Shown in pieces: positions 22,438 to 34,782 of a stretch of DNA of 64,000 nt. The stretch is taken from positions 1 to 64,000 of the forward strand of contig JAAPAO010000121.1 in assembly GCA_013115145.1 (NCBI GenBank), written 5' to 3'. A program made the translations under genes and the position numbers. How positions within the stretch are numbered: the stretch's first letter is position 1; each line of letters opens with the position of its first letter. The DNA comes from Perkinsus chesapeaki ATCC PRA-425 (Eukaryota; Protista; Perkinsozoa). The notes under the pieces were generated by a model. That model worked only from the letters and a program-made list of their open reading frames with translations, searched no databases and was not told the origin of the DNA.

Positions 22438-24969
22438 ATGGCCCCTCCCGACAGCACCCGACGAGGCTCATCTTCCTTCAAGCAAGCGGCAAAGAAGGAA
22501 GTTGATGGAGGTAGGTGAAGATGGTCTATCACTGAGGTGTGAGGGCACTATCTAGTAGGCAAGGGACCTAAAGCGAGAATGATGGGAGCACCACCGCCTC
22601 AGCGGAGACGGAGCTCGTCCGGCGCTACTTATACCGGTAGTAGAGGAGATTCATGGGCTTGGCTCATTGCCTACCCAATGCTATATAGCGGCTTGAACGA
22701 TAGAGAGCTGAAGGTCATAAGGACTAAATAGTAGTTTAACACATTATCAATTATTATCATATCAATTTATCAACATTAACAATCATCGAACATCGTGCCA
22801 TTTGAAAGATCTTGTAATCTTCGTTGTAAAAGGTAATACTTTTCCAGGCGGGGCAAAGGAGTATGATACTAATAACAGAGAGCGCATGGTTGAGATGGTG
22901 GAGCAGCGAAAGAGGATCGATATGCTCAATGATGAGATTAGATTACTAAGACAGGCAATTGATGAGAAAGATAGGATGCTGCGGGAGATTAGTAGGTAAG
23001 GAGCTTGGGGATACAAAAGGTCACGGTAGGTAGTTATTCAACTTTGCCGTATAAGGTCACGGTAGATAGTTATTCAACTTTGCCGTATAAGTTNNNNNNN
23101 NNNNNNNNNNNNNNNNNNNNNNNNNNNNNNNNNNNNNNNNNNNNNNNNNNNNNNNNNNNNNNNNNNNNNNNNNNNNNNNNNNNNNNNNATGGTCACGGTA
23201 GGTAGTTATTCAACTTTGCCGTATAAGGTCACGGTAGGTAGTTATTCAACTTTGCCGTATAAGGTCACGGTAGGTAGTTATTCAACTTTGCCGTATAAGG
23301 CTTTGAGTGCATGCCGGCTGTCATAGCATAGGATTCTGGAACCGATTCACTTCGCATTGGAGTTCGATAGGCATTTCTATATCGCTACTGTGGAAGTGTG
23401 AAGGGCCATTCATCTCCCTTTCAGTCACTACGACAAGGAGCTAGCAATACAGGCGGAAAAACATAGCGCTGAGCTTGGCCGGTTTGAGCTTGTTGTGGAG
23501 GTTGCCAGGCAAGATGCTCTTATTGAGGCTGAACGGGCCACTAGGATATCCTGTGAAAGAGTACACGTGTACCTTGACCGCAGCTGAGTAGGCTGTGTCA
23601 GTTGCGGATGACCTTGAGCGAACGGGAGAGTCGATCAAGAGAGCAGCTGCTTGAAGTGTGGAGGAGAGCAATTGAGCAAGAGTAAGCCCTTGCCGCATGT
23701 GCGGAGGTAGTGGCCCTTATGAGAGGTGCGCTATCAAGATGTATAGAGAGGAGGTGGCGTCGTTGAGGAGCTTACTGGCACACACGGCAACGAGGCAGGT
23801 AAGCCTTTAAGTACTGCAATACCGTGGTTGCTCGGGGCTCTTAGCGTGAGCAGCTGGAGAGCTTTAAAGAGGCTACGAAGCTAGAACAGAAGGCTGAGAT
23901 GAAACGATTTAAGGAGGGCTATTTCCGTCGGGTTACCACCGAACTGAGGGAGGAGCTTGAGCTGACCAGGAATAGAGCAGAAGAGTAAGGCGCAGGGAGC
24001 TGTTACGCCGAGGAGGCTGGGAAAGGTACTGTAAAGAGATTGAGAGGCTAAAGGCGGGCTGGAGGGAGTCGGAGACGGATAAATATAGGGCACGTGATGA
24101 GTTGAGGAAAGCAAAGGAAATGAGGATAGCAGCCATGAACAAGGCTGGAAGTGCTCGACGGGAATTAGCTATTGTGGGGAAGTGGGCATGTCAACGGAGT
24201 GAACTTGAAGCTTTGGAATAATAGGAAAGTCATTTACACTTTGACTCACTCGGTCTGATATTACAACTTGGCGCTTTCTTTTTCCCCTACGTACATACAT
24301 TACAACCATCGGCCGAGGGGCTAACATGTCACGCTTTTGAGCTTGGTGGCATTTCGGTAGTCAGTTTATAGGAGGTTTTATCAGGTTAACGAGAAGAATG
24401 AAGAACTCTTTAAATGCTGCCAAGTCCTTTATAAGCAACTGGGCGACTCTAGCACGATGCTCCCTGCAATAACTGATGGAAATACCGATAATTCAGATCA
24501 GCAAGCTCTTCCGGTGCCGAGCTCGCGGGGAGGAAATACGGCTAGAAGTGTCAGAATGTGAAACCATGGACCGGAGTACATGGAAGATTGGACGTCAGAT
24601 GGTCGTCTAGGAAAGCGAGCGCAAGAGGATCGGAGGCCTCGACGAGCTGCCCACCGACTTCGAGGGAAGTCTTGCTGGAGTCTCAGTTGAAGCGGGCCAA
24701 AGAGAAGTTGGATGAGATGAGACGTACTGCAGTGATAATATTAAAGTCGAGGTAGTGGCAAAGGAATGGAGGAGGGGTGTACATTGGGCAGGTCGAAGGT
24801 TGAAGAATATCTTCACGAGGCAATAGCATCTTGTAAAGCGGAGCAGATCGGCGCTGTAGGGTCTGCTTCAGCAGCGGCCCGAGCATTGAAGGTACGTGAA
24901 AAGATGTTAAAGGTGGGATTAGTAGCGAACAACTATGTGGAATGCACTCGCTTCAATGTGGAGGAGTAG
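22438..24969 (+). CDS. Multi-exon coiled-coil hypothetical protein
   Basis: ATG 22438 (MAPPDSTRRG), GT donors after several coding-like segments, and heptad-like pieces RKRIDMLNDEIRLLRQAIDEKDRMLREI and LLESQLKRAKEKLDEMRR. The exon map is incomplete. Confidence 0.4.
23019..23298. repeat. 36-bp tandem minisatellite spanning an assembly gap
   Basis: Unit GGTCACGGTAGGTAGTTATTCAACTTTGCCGTATAA at 23019, 23055, 23191, 23227 and 23263. Ns at 23094-23188. Confidence 0.95.
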
Positions 24970-25755
24970 AGGCAGCAAACGGGACATTGTGACCGTAGCT
25001 ATCTGTGACGTGTAGATGAATTTTCGTGACAGATGAGTATGAAAAAGGCACGTTGAGGGAGTGTTGAAGAAACGGTTGATCGATATCCTGTTCACTTTTC
25101 CTAGTAAGAAGCATACCGTCAAGTTGTTCAAGCTGCTGGATGATTCTGGGAGATAACTGGGTTTTGACACTCGGCGTAACGCACAGTATTGGGAGGCTCA
25201 TGCTGAAATAAATAGAGGCATTTGAGAGCTTGCAAATCTACAGGGTGATGCGAAAAAAAGGGCCCATGCCTCATATTCTTTTGGCGCGTGAGAGTTACGA
25301 GTGAAGTTAGGTACCAACTTGAAGCTCTTGGTGAGCTCTTTTGCCTCATGAACCATTGTGATACTCGAACTAGGCTCTGAGTAGTGGTTGAACAAAAAAA
25401 TCATTACATAGAGAAATGTGCTGGCAGGCTTTGATTTTGGTGTCATCCATTCAAAAACTAGACTAGTGGAGGACGGATTTCTGTTAGCTTACTGCAAGAG
25501 GGCAGAGAGAGGAGCACGACAGCGGCGGCATGGCAGCAGCAGCAGGGAAGGGTGTGCCTGATAAAAAGGGTAATGGTAGCCGCTGCTGCTCTGCTTTGGA
25601 TTCGGACATCTCCGGGAAACCATTCGTAAAGCGGGAGGGTGGATCCGTGCAGGAACGCTCAACTACTGAAGGTTCGCATGGTCGTGTGGATTGGTAACTG
25701 GTAACTGTATTTTTCGTATGCTTCTAGGGGGAATTTTCGGAGGAGGGAAAGTTTG

Positions 25756-28700
25756 ATGGGGTTGGTTAATAGTGGAGTATCTTGTCCAGTTTCAGCTTCA
25801 CCAGTCTTTCAGCTGGCTGACAACCTGTACAACAAGATGGACGAAACTTTCCTCACTGGAGAAGTTGATGAGAGTGAGGATGATAGCAGTGGGCCTTATC
25901 AAGTCCCACTGCAGCAGCAACAGCAGCAGAACGAGGTAATGGCCAAAGTCGTTGGGAAATTAAGGCTCCTCGGAGGAACTTACTCCGGTATATCTGCACG
26001 ATTACGCTGCCACCCAGAAGCACATACGCACTCTAAATCAAGTTGCCCGTTACAGTTGGTTGTAGTTTGTAGGCATCATTTATTTCGGTGAACAGATCGT
26101 CAGTGGTGTTGGTTGTTGATTTGTTATGAGGCTTCCTTTCTGTAGAAGCTACCTCATCCCGAAGTGCCTCCCTTACCATTGCTCGACGGTCAAAGTGAGG
26201 AGACTGGCTTGGACGACTTGGCTGCGGCGGTCAAGAGAGCTCAGATGGGTGAGGAGATCGATATTGATGTTGCTAAGTTGACCTGGGAGTCAAAGCAGCA
26301 TATCTTACGACTGGTGAGAATCTTTCCGCACGCGGAAGATTTTCCTGGCCTCAGCTATTCCGTCGAATGAACAGTGATCCCCTAGCCGCCATCAACAACC
26401 GTGAGCGTGGCCGCCTCCGAGCCCAGTTGGCATCTCTGGGCGCTACATCCGTCTGATTGGGCATGTCGTGTGAAGCTGGGTCTCCTTGGGACGATAATTG
26501 TGTTGTGTTTGTAGTTAGTGAGGTTTCGGGTACCAAGTGGCTGGTGAGCAAACAAGTTCTATGATGGGAGTCACAGAGGTGTATCATATCTTCAGCCTTG
26601 AGAGCCCATACTGAACAGCTTGACTAGTCCCTAATGTATTTATATGGGAGATCGGTATCAAAAGCGAGAGTCAGGCCGTCGAGTATCTCTCAAGAGTCTT
26701 GACAACCGTTGTTGTTGTCTTCGAGAATAACTTCTCTAGTGTGTGCATCTCTATTACGATATATATATATTAAATCAGTATTGCTGCTGTATAATATTCC
26801 TGTACTATAGTGTATTGTATATACTTAACTAGTCAGGAGTAAAGTACATAAGCGGTGCACTTGCAGCTTTCAAGTGTGTTGTCATTGTAATGGCCCAGCA
26901 TTCTACCGGTTCAGTCTCCTTTGCCTATTAATGAAGGGTTTTGAGCTTCTTACTTCTGTTACACAGTCCTTCCTATCGCCTATTCCCTCAAAGCTTCTCA
27001 CTGTTCTTGCCCATGATGTTACTGTTGTTTTTACTATCGGTTATGTACACCCAAATGCATCTTGTTTGCCCTAGTATTCTCCCATAACAAGGTTGCTAGC
27101 AAACTGACCGACTGACATCTGTTCTATTTCACTAGCAGGGATGTTACGAGGTCTTATTACTATTTGATAGCAGTATTAGGAATACTCTTCTAAATGGTCG
27201 TTCATACGGCAGCGCTCAGAGGCCGAGTCCTCTCTGGTGCCTCGTCACAGAGCTCATCTTCATCCTATAATGCAGACGATTACCTCCCCACGCTAAGTGT
27301 CTATCACCGTTTAACTCGGCAGCCGGCTTTTGTACAGTGTGGTCGTCGAGGTGTGCTGGGGTGCAAGGATTGGATAGAGAGATATGGATTGGGATATAAA
27401 CTGGAGGGACACCGTGGTTGTGTTAACACGGTACTCTGGTCTGAAGATGGTAGGTCGGGACAAGGGGACGGGGTGAGGGACGTATCTTGGGATTCCCCCT
27501 TTACACCTCACTAACTTATCTATGCTTTATACCCCTAACTTCGTGTGCCAACACAATGACATAAGGTATAAAGTAAGAGACAAATAATATAAACAATAAA
27601 ATATAAAGTGACGCTCATCGTCTCTTTACTACTGTAACGCAAGGGGAGGTCGGATGTTGAGAGTAGGGATAAGTAGACGACAGCAGCAGCTACCTCTCAC
27701 ACCAATGTCTGGAGACTAACGATGGGTTACTACCCTCTTACACACATGAACAAAGGGCGCGCGTACAGAAGTGTGACAGCAGCATAACCTTTTTATACAG
27801 GCGATGGCAGCCCACACTACCGTGTCCTGGAGAGTATGTCCGGACCCTCATTTGCCTGTCCTTGAAATGCTATAACAAAACCCATCAGCGGTCCTTCTGT
27901 AATCGTTCATAGAATAAAGAAAAGAGATCATGTTCTGAAAAAGAGGTGGATTATCTGGAGGAAATGATTTGCCTGATTGCTACTACCCAGCGAATACTTA
28001 TGAAGAACTTCAACGAAGCCTGACCGTTTATATAATTTAATAGCCCCTGCGTTTCCATCATCAACTTGAAGAGCCAATGCCAGGATGTCACTTGTTTTAC
28101 GGCCCTAGGAGATAAACCAGCATGTTGCTGCAGTCTTCAGAAGCCAGTCACGGTTGGTAGCTTGAGGCTACTTACTTGTTCGATGCTGTATTGGAGAAGT
28201 CGCGTTCCGATACCCTTTCCGCGGACTGTCTCTGATACTTCTACCTGAGACGTAGTTCCCTTTAAACGCTCGGGGTTGCTCCATGTGGCATCGGAAGCGA
28301 TACCGTCTAATTACTTACCAGCTTTATCATACCGAAACGGCCCTTCTTCGCAGGATCCGACCTGAGACCAAAGATGACCATGTCACACCGTCCATGCATT
28401 ATATAACAACACGCAGTGTAAATAGATCTTTCTTCCCTACAGCGTTGCTCTAATAGCATTTTCTTCCTCCTTGGCTAATTCCTCAAGGATGCCCATTGAG
28501 ATGAATCCAACGACATTCTGAAGCAAATAACCTTGTTCATACACTGCAGGGAGACTGCGGGATGAACAGCTGAACTGTTCATTTGATGAGTCGGAATCGT
28601 TAAGTAATGGTTACGTCATGTCTTACATTTGGGGAAACGTCCAAGTCGACGGCTCCATAGCAGGGGATCCCCTTCTTCTTCGGGCATTGGAGCTTGAATA

Positions 28701-31700
28701 TACGGTCAGTGAAATAGGCGCCCTTTTGGTAACTCCGGTAAACTAAATTCAGTCCGGCTGCGAGCACCAAGGATATGATGACAAGAAATAGCCTCATGAA
28801 TGGCAATAGATCGCCGTAACTTGACAGACAATATTGGATATTCTCAACACAGGGAATAATGGCTTCTCATTTGCTAAGTCATGCTAAGCGGCTTTCATAT
28901 CGAGCAGGCTGAGGACAATTGGGCCTCAGTTGGATCGAGCTTTTGTGGGCAAAATCGACGGTGGCGACGCGGCTTTGTGCGCCGACCAACTCTTGCGACA
29001 ACGCATAATTCTCGGTGATGCTTTCACAACGACTGATTGGACGGCCCAACTGAAAAGCGCCCCGGCAAAGGGAATTGGAGATACGAACTTTACCTTGTTC
29101 AGCAACAGTCGGAGTATTAGTGTTTATAGAGTAATGCACTGGAAAGCCTCTTCGGATACTTCTGTGTTCATGGAGTTTTGGATGGTGCAAACTTCAACTG
29201 CATACAAGCACCCTTCCTCTAGGGTGAGTAGAAACTCTCACTGCTGGGAGCTTGGATGGTGGCTGCCATCCACGGCAGCGTAATCCTAAGTTCGAGGTTC
29301 TCCTCGGCCCAGATCTGCCTCGTGCAACGTCAGAGCATGACGTCGAGAGCCTTGGCTCGAAAGTCTGCGCTTGGCGCGCTGCGCGGCGAATTTGGTCGAT
29401 TGGAATCTAGACAGCCAGATTGGAGGCCCAGTGTGCTGAGTGCAGGAGGGCTTCGGTCGAAGCCGAAGCGTTAGAATGTAGACAAGCCAAACCTCACGTT
29501 TCACGTCTTAACAAGTCCTCCTGGATCGATTCATTGCGCTGGTGTTTAACCCTTTTACTCTCTGCACGTAGAATGGCCTGGTCTGCCTAACTAATCCATT
29601 TACGGAGTTGGAATGTAGCCCGATGTTTTTTAACACCGGTGGCTCACTTATCCATGCTGTATAGCCCCAACTTCTGTACGTTCCGAACGAAGGCGCGGTT
29701 ATTGCTCTGCTCTATTATCCATCGCTTTCGACCCTCCAGATTTATCCGTTTTATAAATTCTCGATCAGGCTCGATGATAGTGAGCGGTAGTGACGACAAG
29801 GACGTGAGGATCTGGCGACAGTCTCGAACAGTTTTGAAAGGGTCTCCACCGTGGCAATGTAGGCGAGTTGTAACTTGTCCCGCTCCAGCAACCCTTGCAG
29901 GTGTGCGTACCCTGGACACCGGCCATTCACATAATATATTCTGCGCCACATTCGTACCGGGAACCAACAGCAGAGAGGTGCGAAGCCCCGAGAGTTCAGC
30001 AGCAGTAGCAGCATGCTTCTGCATCTGCCTGTTTATTAGGTGGTCACTTGTGCTGGGGACGGGGAGCTTAGACACATCGATGTCGAGTCAGGTGCAACCA
30101 AGGTGAGGAGGGGTGGATGCCTTGTCCTTTGTCGTGTTGGTTACTGTGTAATAATCGTGAGCTCGATGCTTTCCCTCGACTTGGTGTTGTTCGCATTGCA
30201 CTGTACTTCTCTGATGCATAGTGAAGTGCAGAAAAGGCGTTGAGTGATTCGTTTAGTCGAGAAGCTTGGCTAAGATTCATTAGGCTAAGGGAGAGACTGA
30301 GAACAACCCTAGACAGCTTCCGAACTATCTTATCTCTGCTAGTTCCGAGCTGGCATATACTCCTAATGCCGTTTGTCATACTGAATGGCATGAATTCTTT
30401 AGGTCCTCCATAGCTGCCCCGGGATCTGTTTCAAACACTGTCACGCGCCATTCTGTCCATCACTGGTATTACTAACCAAACAAGATGGGGCAGTTCGGCA
30501 GGTAGGATCACACTCTCGTGGCTACCCTCTAGCGATTAGTTTTAGATCGACCTTCGCGAGGCACCCCCTCCGTCACTGGAGAATCGAGGGCGCGGCGGAG
30601 GAGTGGTGAGTTGCAGAGTCGATTTGTTCTTCGTAACACAATTTCTCACAGCTGTAGATCTTAACGCAATTTCAAGTTCAGACCACTCATTGGCGATCAT
30701 TAACCGTACTTGGAGGAATGAGTTCGATATTTTTTTGACCATAAGAGCGAGCTTGCCCAAACAGTTTCTAGAATGTTTCATACTGGGAACACGTTCAGCG
30801 AAGCGGTCGATTGTATCTCGTGCCATCTTGTCCTCAGTCACTGAGGCTCAGTGGGAAGTTGCATAGCCACTTCGCTATTCATAAAGGGAAGAAATGTTAG
30901 TGATTCCTACGATTCGATTATCTCAAGTTCGGACCGTATCTCTGATACCATTCCACCTTGGTGGAAGTTACCATCGCCTTCACGTAGCATTCGATCATAG
31001 CGAATGGGTGTGCCGAGTCTGTGAGAGTGGGAACCTGGAAGTGATATGGTCCTCACTGAACGACAGAGAACTGCGGATATCTTATATCTATTCGGGTGAA
31101 CTACATTTAACGCATTTCTTCATTTTCAGCGTCTCTTCAATGTTAATAACTTCCAAGAACCATCATCGCGAGCTGTCAACATGTCCACGGTAGGATCGAC
31201 GCATCACCACGGTGTTATCACTATGGTTATGGTCTCATCTTCGAATCCTTCGCCCCGTCTGTTGTCCCGCGGTCAGTTGCATACGACAGGTTGCTCTACT
31301 AGATTTATTCATTTGTCTTCATAGCATCCACAAATTCATATAACACTACTTTACGGTGAGATTGTAGTACTAGAATAGGTACAAGTGCGCATGCGCTGCA
31401 CATACCTTCACCAACTGTGTGTTCGTGATTCAAGCGCCTGTCATTCCTTTCTCATGTCTATCAGCTGCTATTAAGATGCTGTCTTCCAGGCTATCGGATT
31501 CAATCCCGTCCAGCCTTACATCTTCGCACTTGGAGAGTGTTCCAAAGTTGTCCGCACCTTTGACATGCGAATGATAAGATCGGCCCTAGATTCTGACATG
31601 TCACCAGATGTCAGTCAGATGGCAGTGCGGCAATTCTATCCGGAAACTGTGATGGAAGGTAGGAGCCATCAGTTGGGTCTTCCTGCACTTCTTGCAACAG

Positions 31701-34083
31701 ATGCTACGGACCCGGAGGATTTGGCTTTGTCCGGTCTTTGGTGGTCTCAGAATGGCAGCAGTCTCCTCCTCAACTACAGAGGCTCGGAGATGTACGAAAT
31801 AAAGAATATCGACAAGGTGGGAAATGACGGTTCACAGGGCTTGCTGTATTTGTTTGGAACTTGAATTAATACAAGGTGCATTAATTCAAGTATTGTATAC
31901 CTATTGAGCTGTCAACCTGGCATGTTCATTAACTGAGAAACATACAAAGGAGATGGTGAACTATCAGCTATATGGTGGCCAGAAAACATTTATTTCTTCC
32001 AGGGGGCTGGCAACCAAGTGCCCTGTTATAGCTATATGATACCGTATGCGCCATCTAGGACGAGGTTTCCTCGACAATCGATTTATACGATTTATAGTAC
32101 AATGAGTTTTCCTTATATTCCGAAATTCCTCTGTTATTTACCTTTGGGATATTCCCTGTCATATAATCCAAGTCCGCGAGTCCAAACTCACAAAAATTCC
32201 TATCTGCATTTTCGAGCCACGTAACATTTCGTGGAGACTCTTATTGAACCTATCCTGACGATGATGTGTGATAATTGAACTTCGCCTAGGTTGCGCTATG
32301 TCGGCCTCGAATTTTCAATCGCAGGTGGAAGCAAGTTCATCAGCACTGTCTGGCAGCTCTGGTAGCGGTATCGTAGCCGTCGACTCGTCGAACATTCGTG
32401 TTTATACTGGTAGACGTAACGAGGAGACCTTTGCCAAGGAGTGCTGCATGTTTAATGGAGACAGGTGAGATGGGCACCCGACCAATCAGCTGTAATGGCA
32501 ACGCAGCCACGAACAGATACGTTGCGACTGGGGGAGACTGTGGCCACTTGTACATTTGGGATCGGAGGACTCGGAAACTACAGCGAAAAATGATGGCCGA
32601 CAATTTCGTCGTCAACTGTGTCGGTAAGGTTGAGCATGTGAGTTTGGTGCCCAGGCGGGCTCGATATTCCCAGAATGCTTCAACCTAAATGGAAGATTTC
32701 CCGATAACGCCACAACTCTGCGCCTGCTCGATTTTGCGCCCAAATTTGTTTCGCAAATTCAATGGTTTTGCGATGATTTTCAAAGTCCTCAGTTGATGGA
32801 AAGATTCGAAGAATTTATCTTCGGGGAACTTTTTCCCTCCGCATATTGTGCATCCAAGCAAATTCGGAAAACACTTAAACGACTCCGAGTTGATGACGTT
32901 GTGTAGTGAATGACGTACACATATGCCATACATGTTTTTGTTTCATTCGTTCTCCTCGCACTTCAGCCCCTCATCCACTCGGCGAACCCTTCCTGCTCAC
33001 TGGCGGCATTGACAACGATATCAAACTGTGGCACGCTGGGGCAGTCCGACGTATACAACCTTCCATCATTTCTTCCTCAGCGGAACATGAGTAGATACCC
33101 TTGCTCGCGACTGTGGCTCTGGCCGGCTGGATGGTACACGGCCAGGCGGCCCCTTGAGAATTCGGATGTTCGGTTCGCACTCGGAGCCACAAGTGAGCAT
33201 CTCCTTATTATGGATAAGAGTCTCTAGCATTGACGGTGGCCTTCATATCCTTTCCCTAGTAGCAACTACTAGTGCCAGGCTAGAACTCGAACGCTAGAAC
33301 AGCAGCCAATTAGAACATTGTTTCTCAAGGTAGAGTCTTTTGTAGCTAGGCGTTCTTTCGCTCAGGGTCCACCGACAATAGTCACTGCAGAGGAGGTAGA
33401 AGGCCGCATAGATCGAGCTAATGCCAAGCGACAAGATGCCAACGAGGCCTTCCGAGAATCACGGTGGTTGGCGTACTAGCTGAAACTTTGAATACTTGCC
33501 CTGTTTAAGATACGAAACAGCATTGGTGTTATACAGCGAAGTGCTCGACCTTTTGAGGTACAGTTCGACAGAGGAGAGTGAAGATCTTGAACGGCAAAGG
33601 TACGTCATCATTCCTCTTCCTTTTTATATTTTAAGGGAAGAATAACTTAAGTTACAATTCAGACGCGAGTGCGCCTCCATCACCTACAGTAATATGGGTG
33701 CATGTCACATAAAGCTGTCCAGTTGGTCAGATGGTTTAGCTGCTTGTAAGTGGTAGAGCATCAATGCAGCATTTCTCCTCGTCTAGGTAATTCTGCACTG
33801 GAGCTGGAACCGTATCTGCTGAAGGCTATCCTTCGGCGGGCCCGGTGCAAATTTGAGCTGAACGATTATAATGGATGTCGAGATGACTTGAGCATCGCAG
33901 AGCATCATAGAGATATCGGCCCCTCGGGTACCTGCGTTTTGAGGGCTTTCTTAATTCCAGTAGATCGGTTATTGTGTTTTAGGCTTGCATGAGATTAGGA
34001 AACTACGACGCGAGATTAGCAACAAAGAACGGGAGAGTCGCCGAAGAGAACAAGCCTTTTACGCGCGCATCTTAAGAGGATGA
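25756..34083 (+). CDS. DCAF8/WDR42-like WD40 protein with a C-terminal TPR domain, many exons and some large introns
   Basis: LEGHRGCVNTVLWSEDG (~27400), IVSGSDDKDVRIW (~29775), TGHSHNIFCATFVPG, VVTCAGDGELR, YTGRRNEETFAKEC, YVATGGDCGHLYIWD, LLTGGIDNDIKLW, then TPR-like YSNMGACHIKL and LKAILRRARCKFEL. Stop TGA at 34081-34083. Confidence 0.85.
27928..28806 (-). CDS. Signal-peptide GNAT acetyltransferase nested antisense in an intron of the WD40 gene
   Basis: N-terminus MRLFLVIISLVLAAG. Spliced exons give motif A QVEVSETVRGKGIGTRLLQ (~28190-28250) and motif B LALQVDDGNAGAIKLYKRSGF (~28015-28080). Donors are gtaag/gtagg. Confidence 0.78.
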
Positions 34084-34782
34084 GCATTTTAAACAATATT
34101 GCTTGATTTTCTAATATCATTGATCCTCGTTTCTCGTTATTTGGTTTTTGCTTGTCAATCTTGCCGTATTGTCACTCCCCGGTGACACAGCCGCTGTACT
34201 ACCGAGCCTGGGAAATGGAGACCTTACTGACCTAAGCGAAAATGATCTCGTCACTTAGGATCCCTCAAAGTATTCTCTTAGACAGTTTTACTTAGGATTC
34301 ATCGATTGGAACAAACTCGAGATTGTCATCGCCCGTTGTTCATTGCCTATTGCCTATTTCATCTCATTTACACTAATCTACTTACGACGACTCAAGAGGG
34401 TGACGAGATATGCGCAGCGCCATATCAGCCGAGGCGCGGCCGTCTAACATAATGATCTGCCATGCCAAAGCATGCCATGCTATCGGCGGCTTCATAGAGG
34501 TTGCAGCTACTCCGTCGAAAAGTCGCTGACGAGCGGACTCTCCAGAACGTACAATCTTACAAAGAGCCCGATTATCAACTGCTAATGACATAATAGCTCA
34601 TTGCAGTAAGCGCCGCGGTCTCCTCACGGAGCATGGCGCCGCGCGACGTCACGTCCAAGCCGATGTCGCGTCTAAGTGGATGTCACCATTCGAGTCATCG
34701 CTCCGGACCCCTATGGGTGGTTGCAGTTAACGGAATTGTTATCTCTCTCAGCATTATCCTCTCATATTGCTCTCCATTTTCC

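Noticed and set aside
23019-23298. 36-bp hairpin repeat as a CRISPR array
   Set aside because: The units abut with no unique spacers, there are no cas genes, and the context is eukaryotic.
32650-32907. About 85 open codons inside a WD40 intron (LLDFAPKFVSQIQWF...)
   Set aside because: No start codon or splice context and no recognisable motif. This length can occur by chance.
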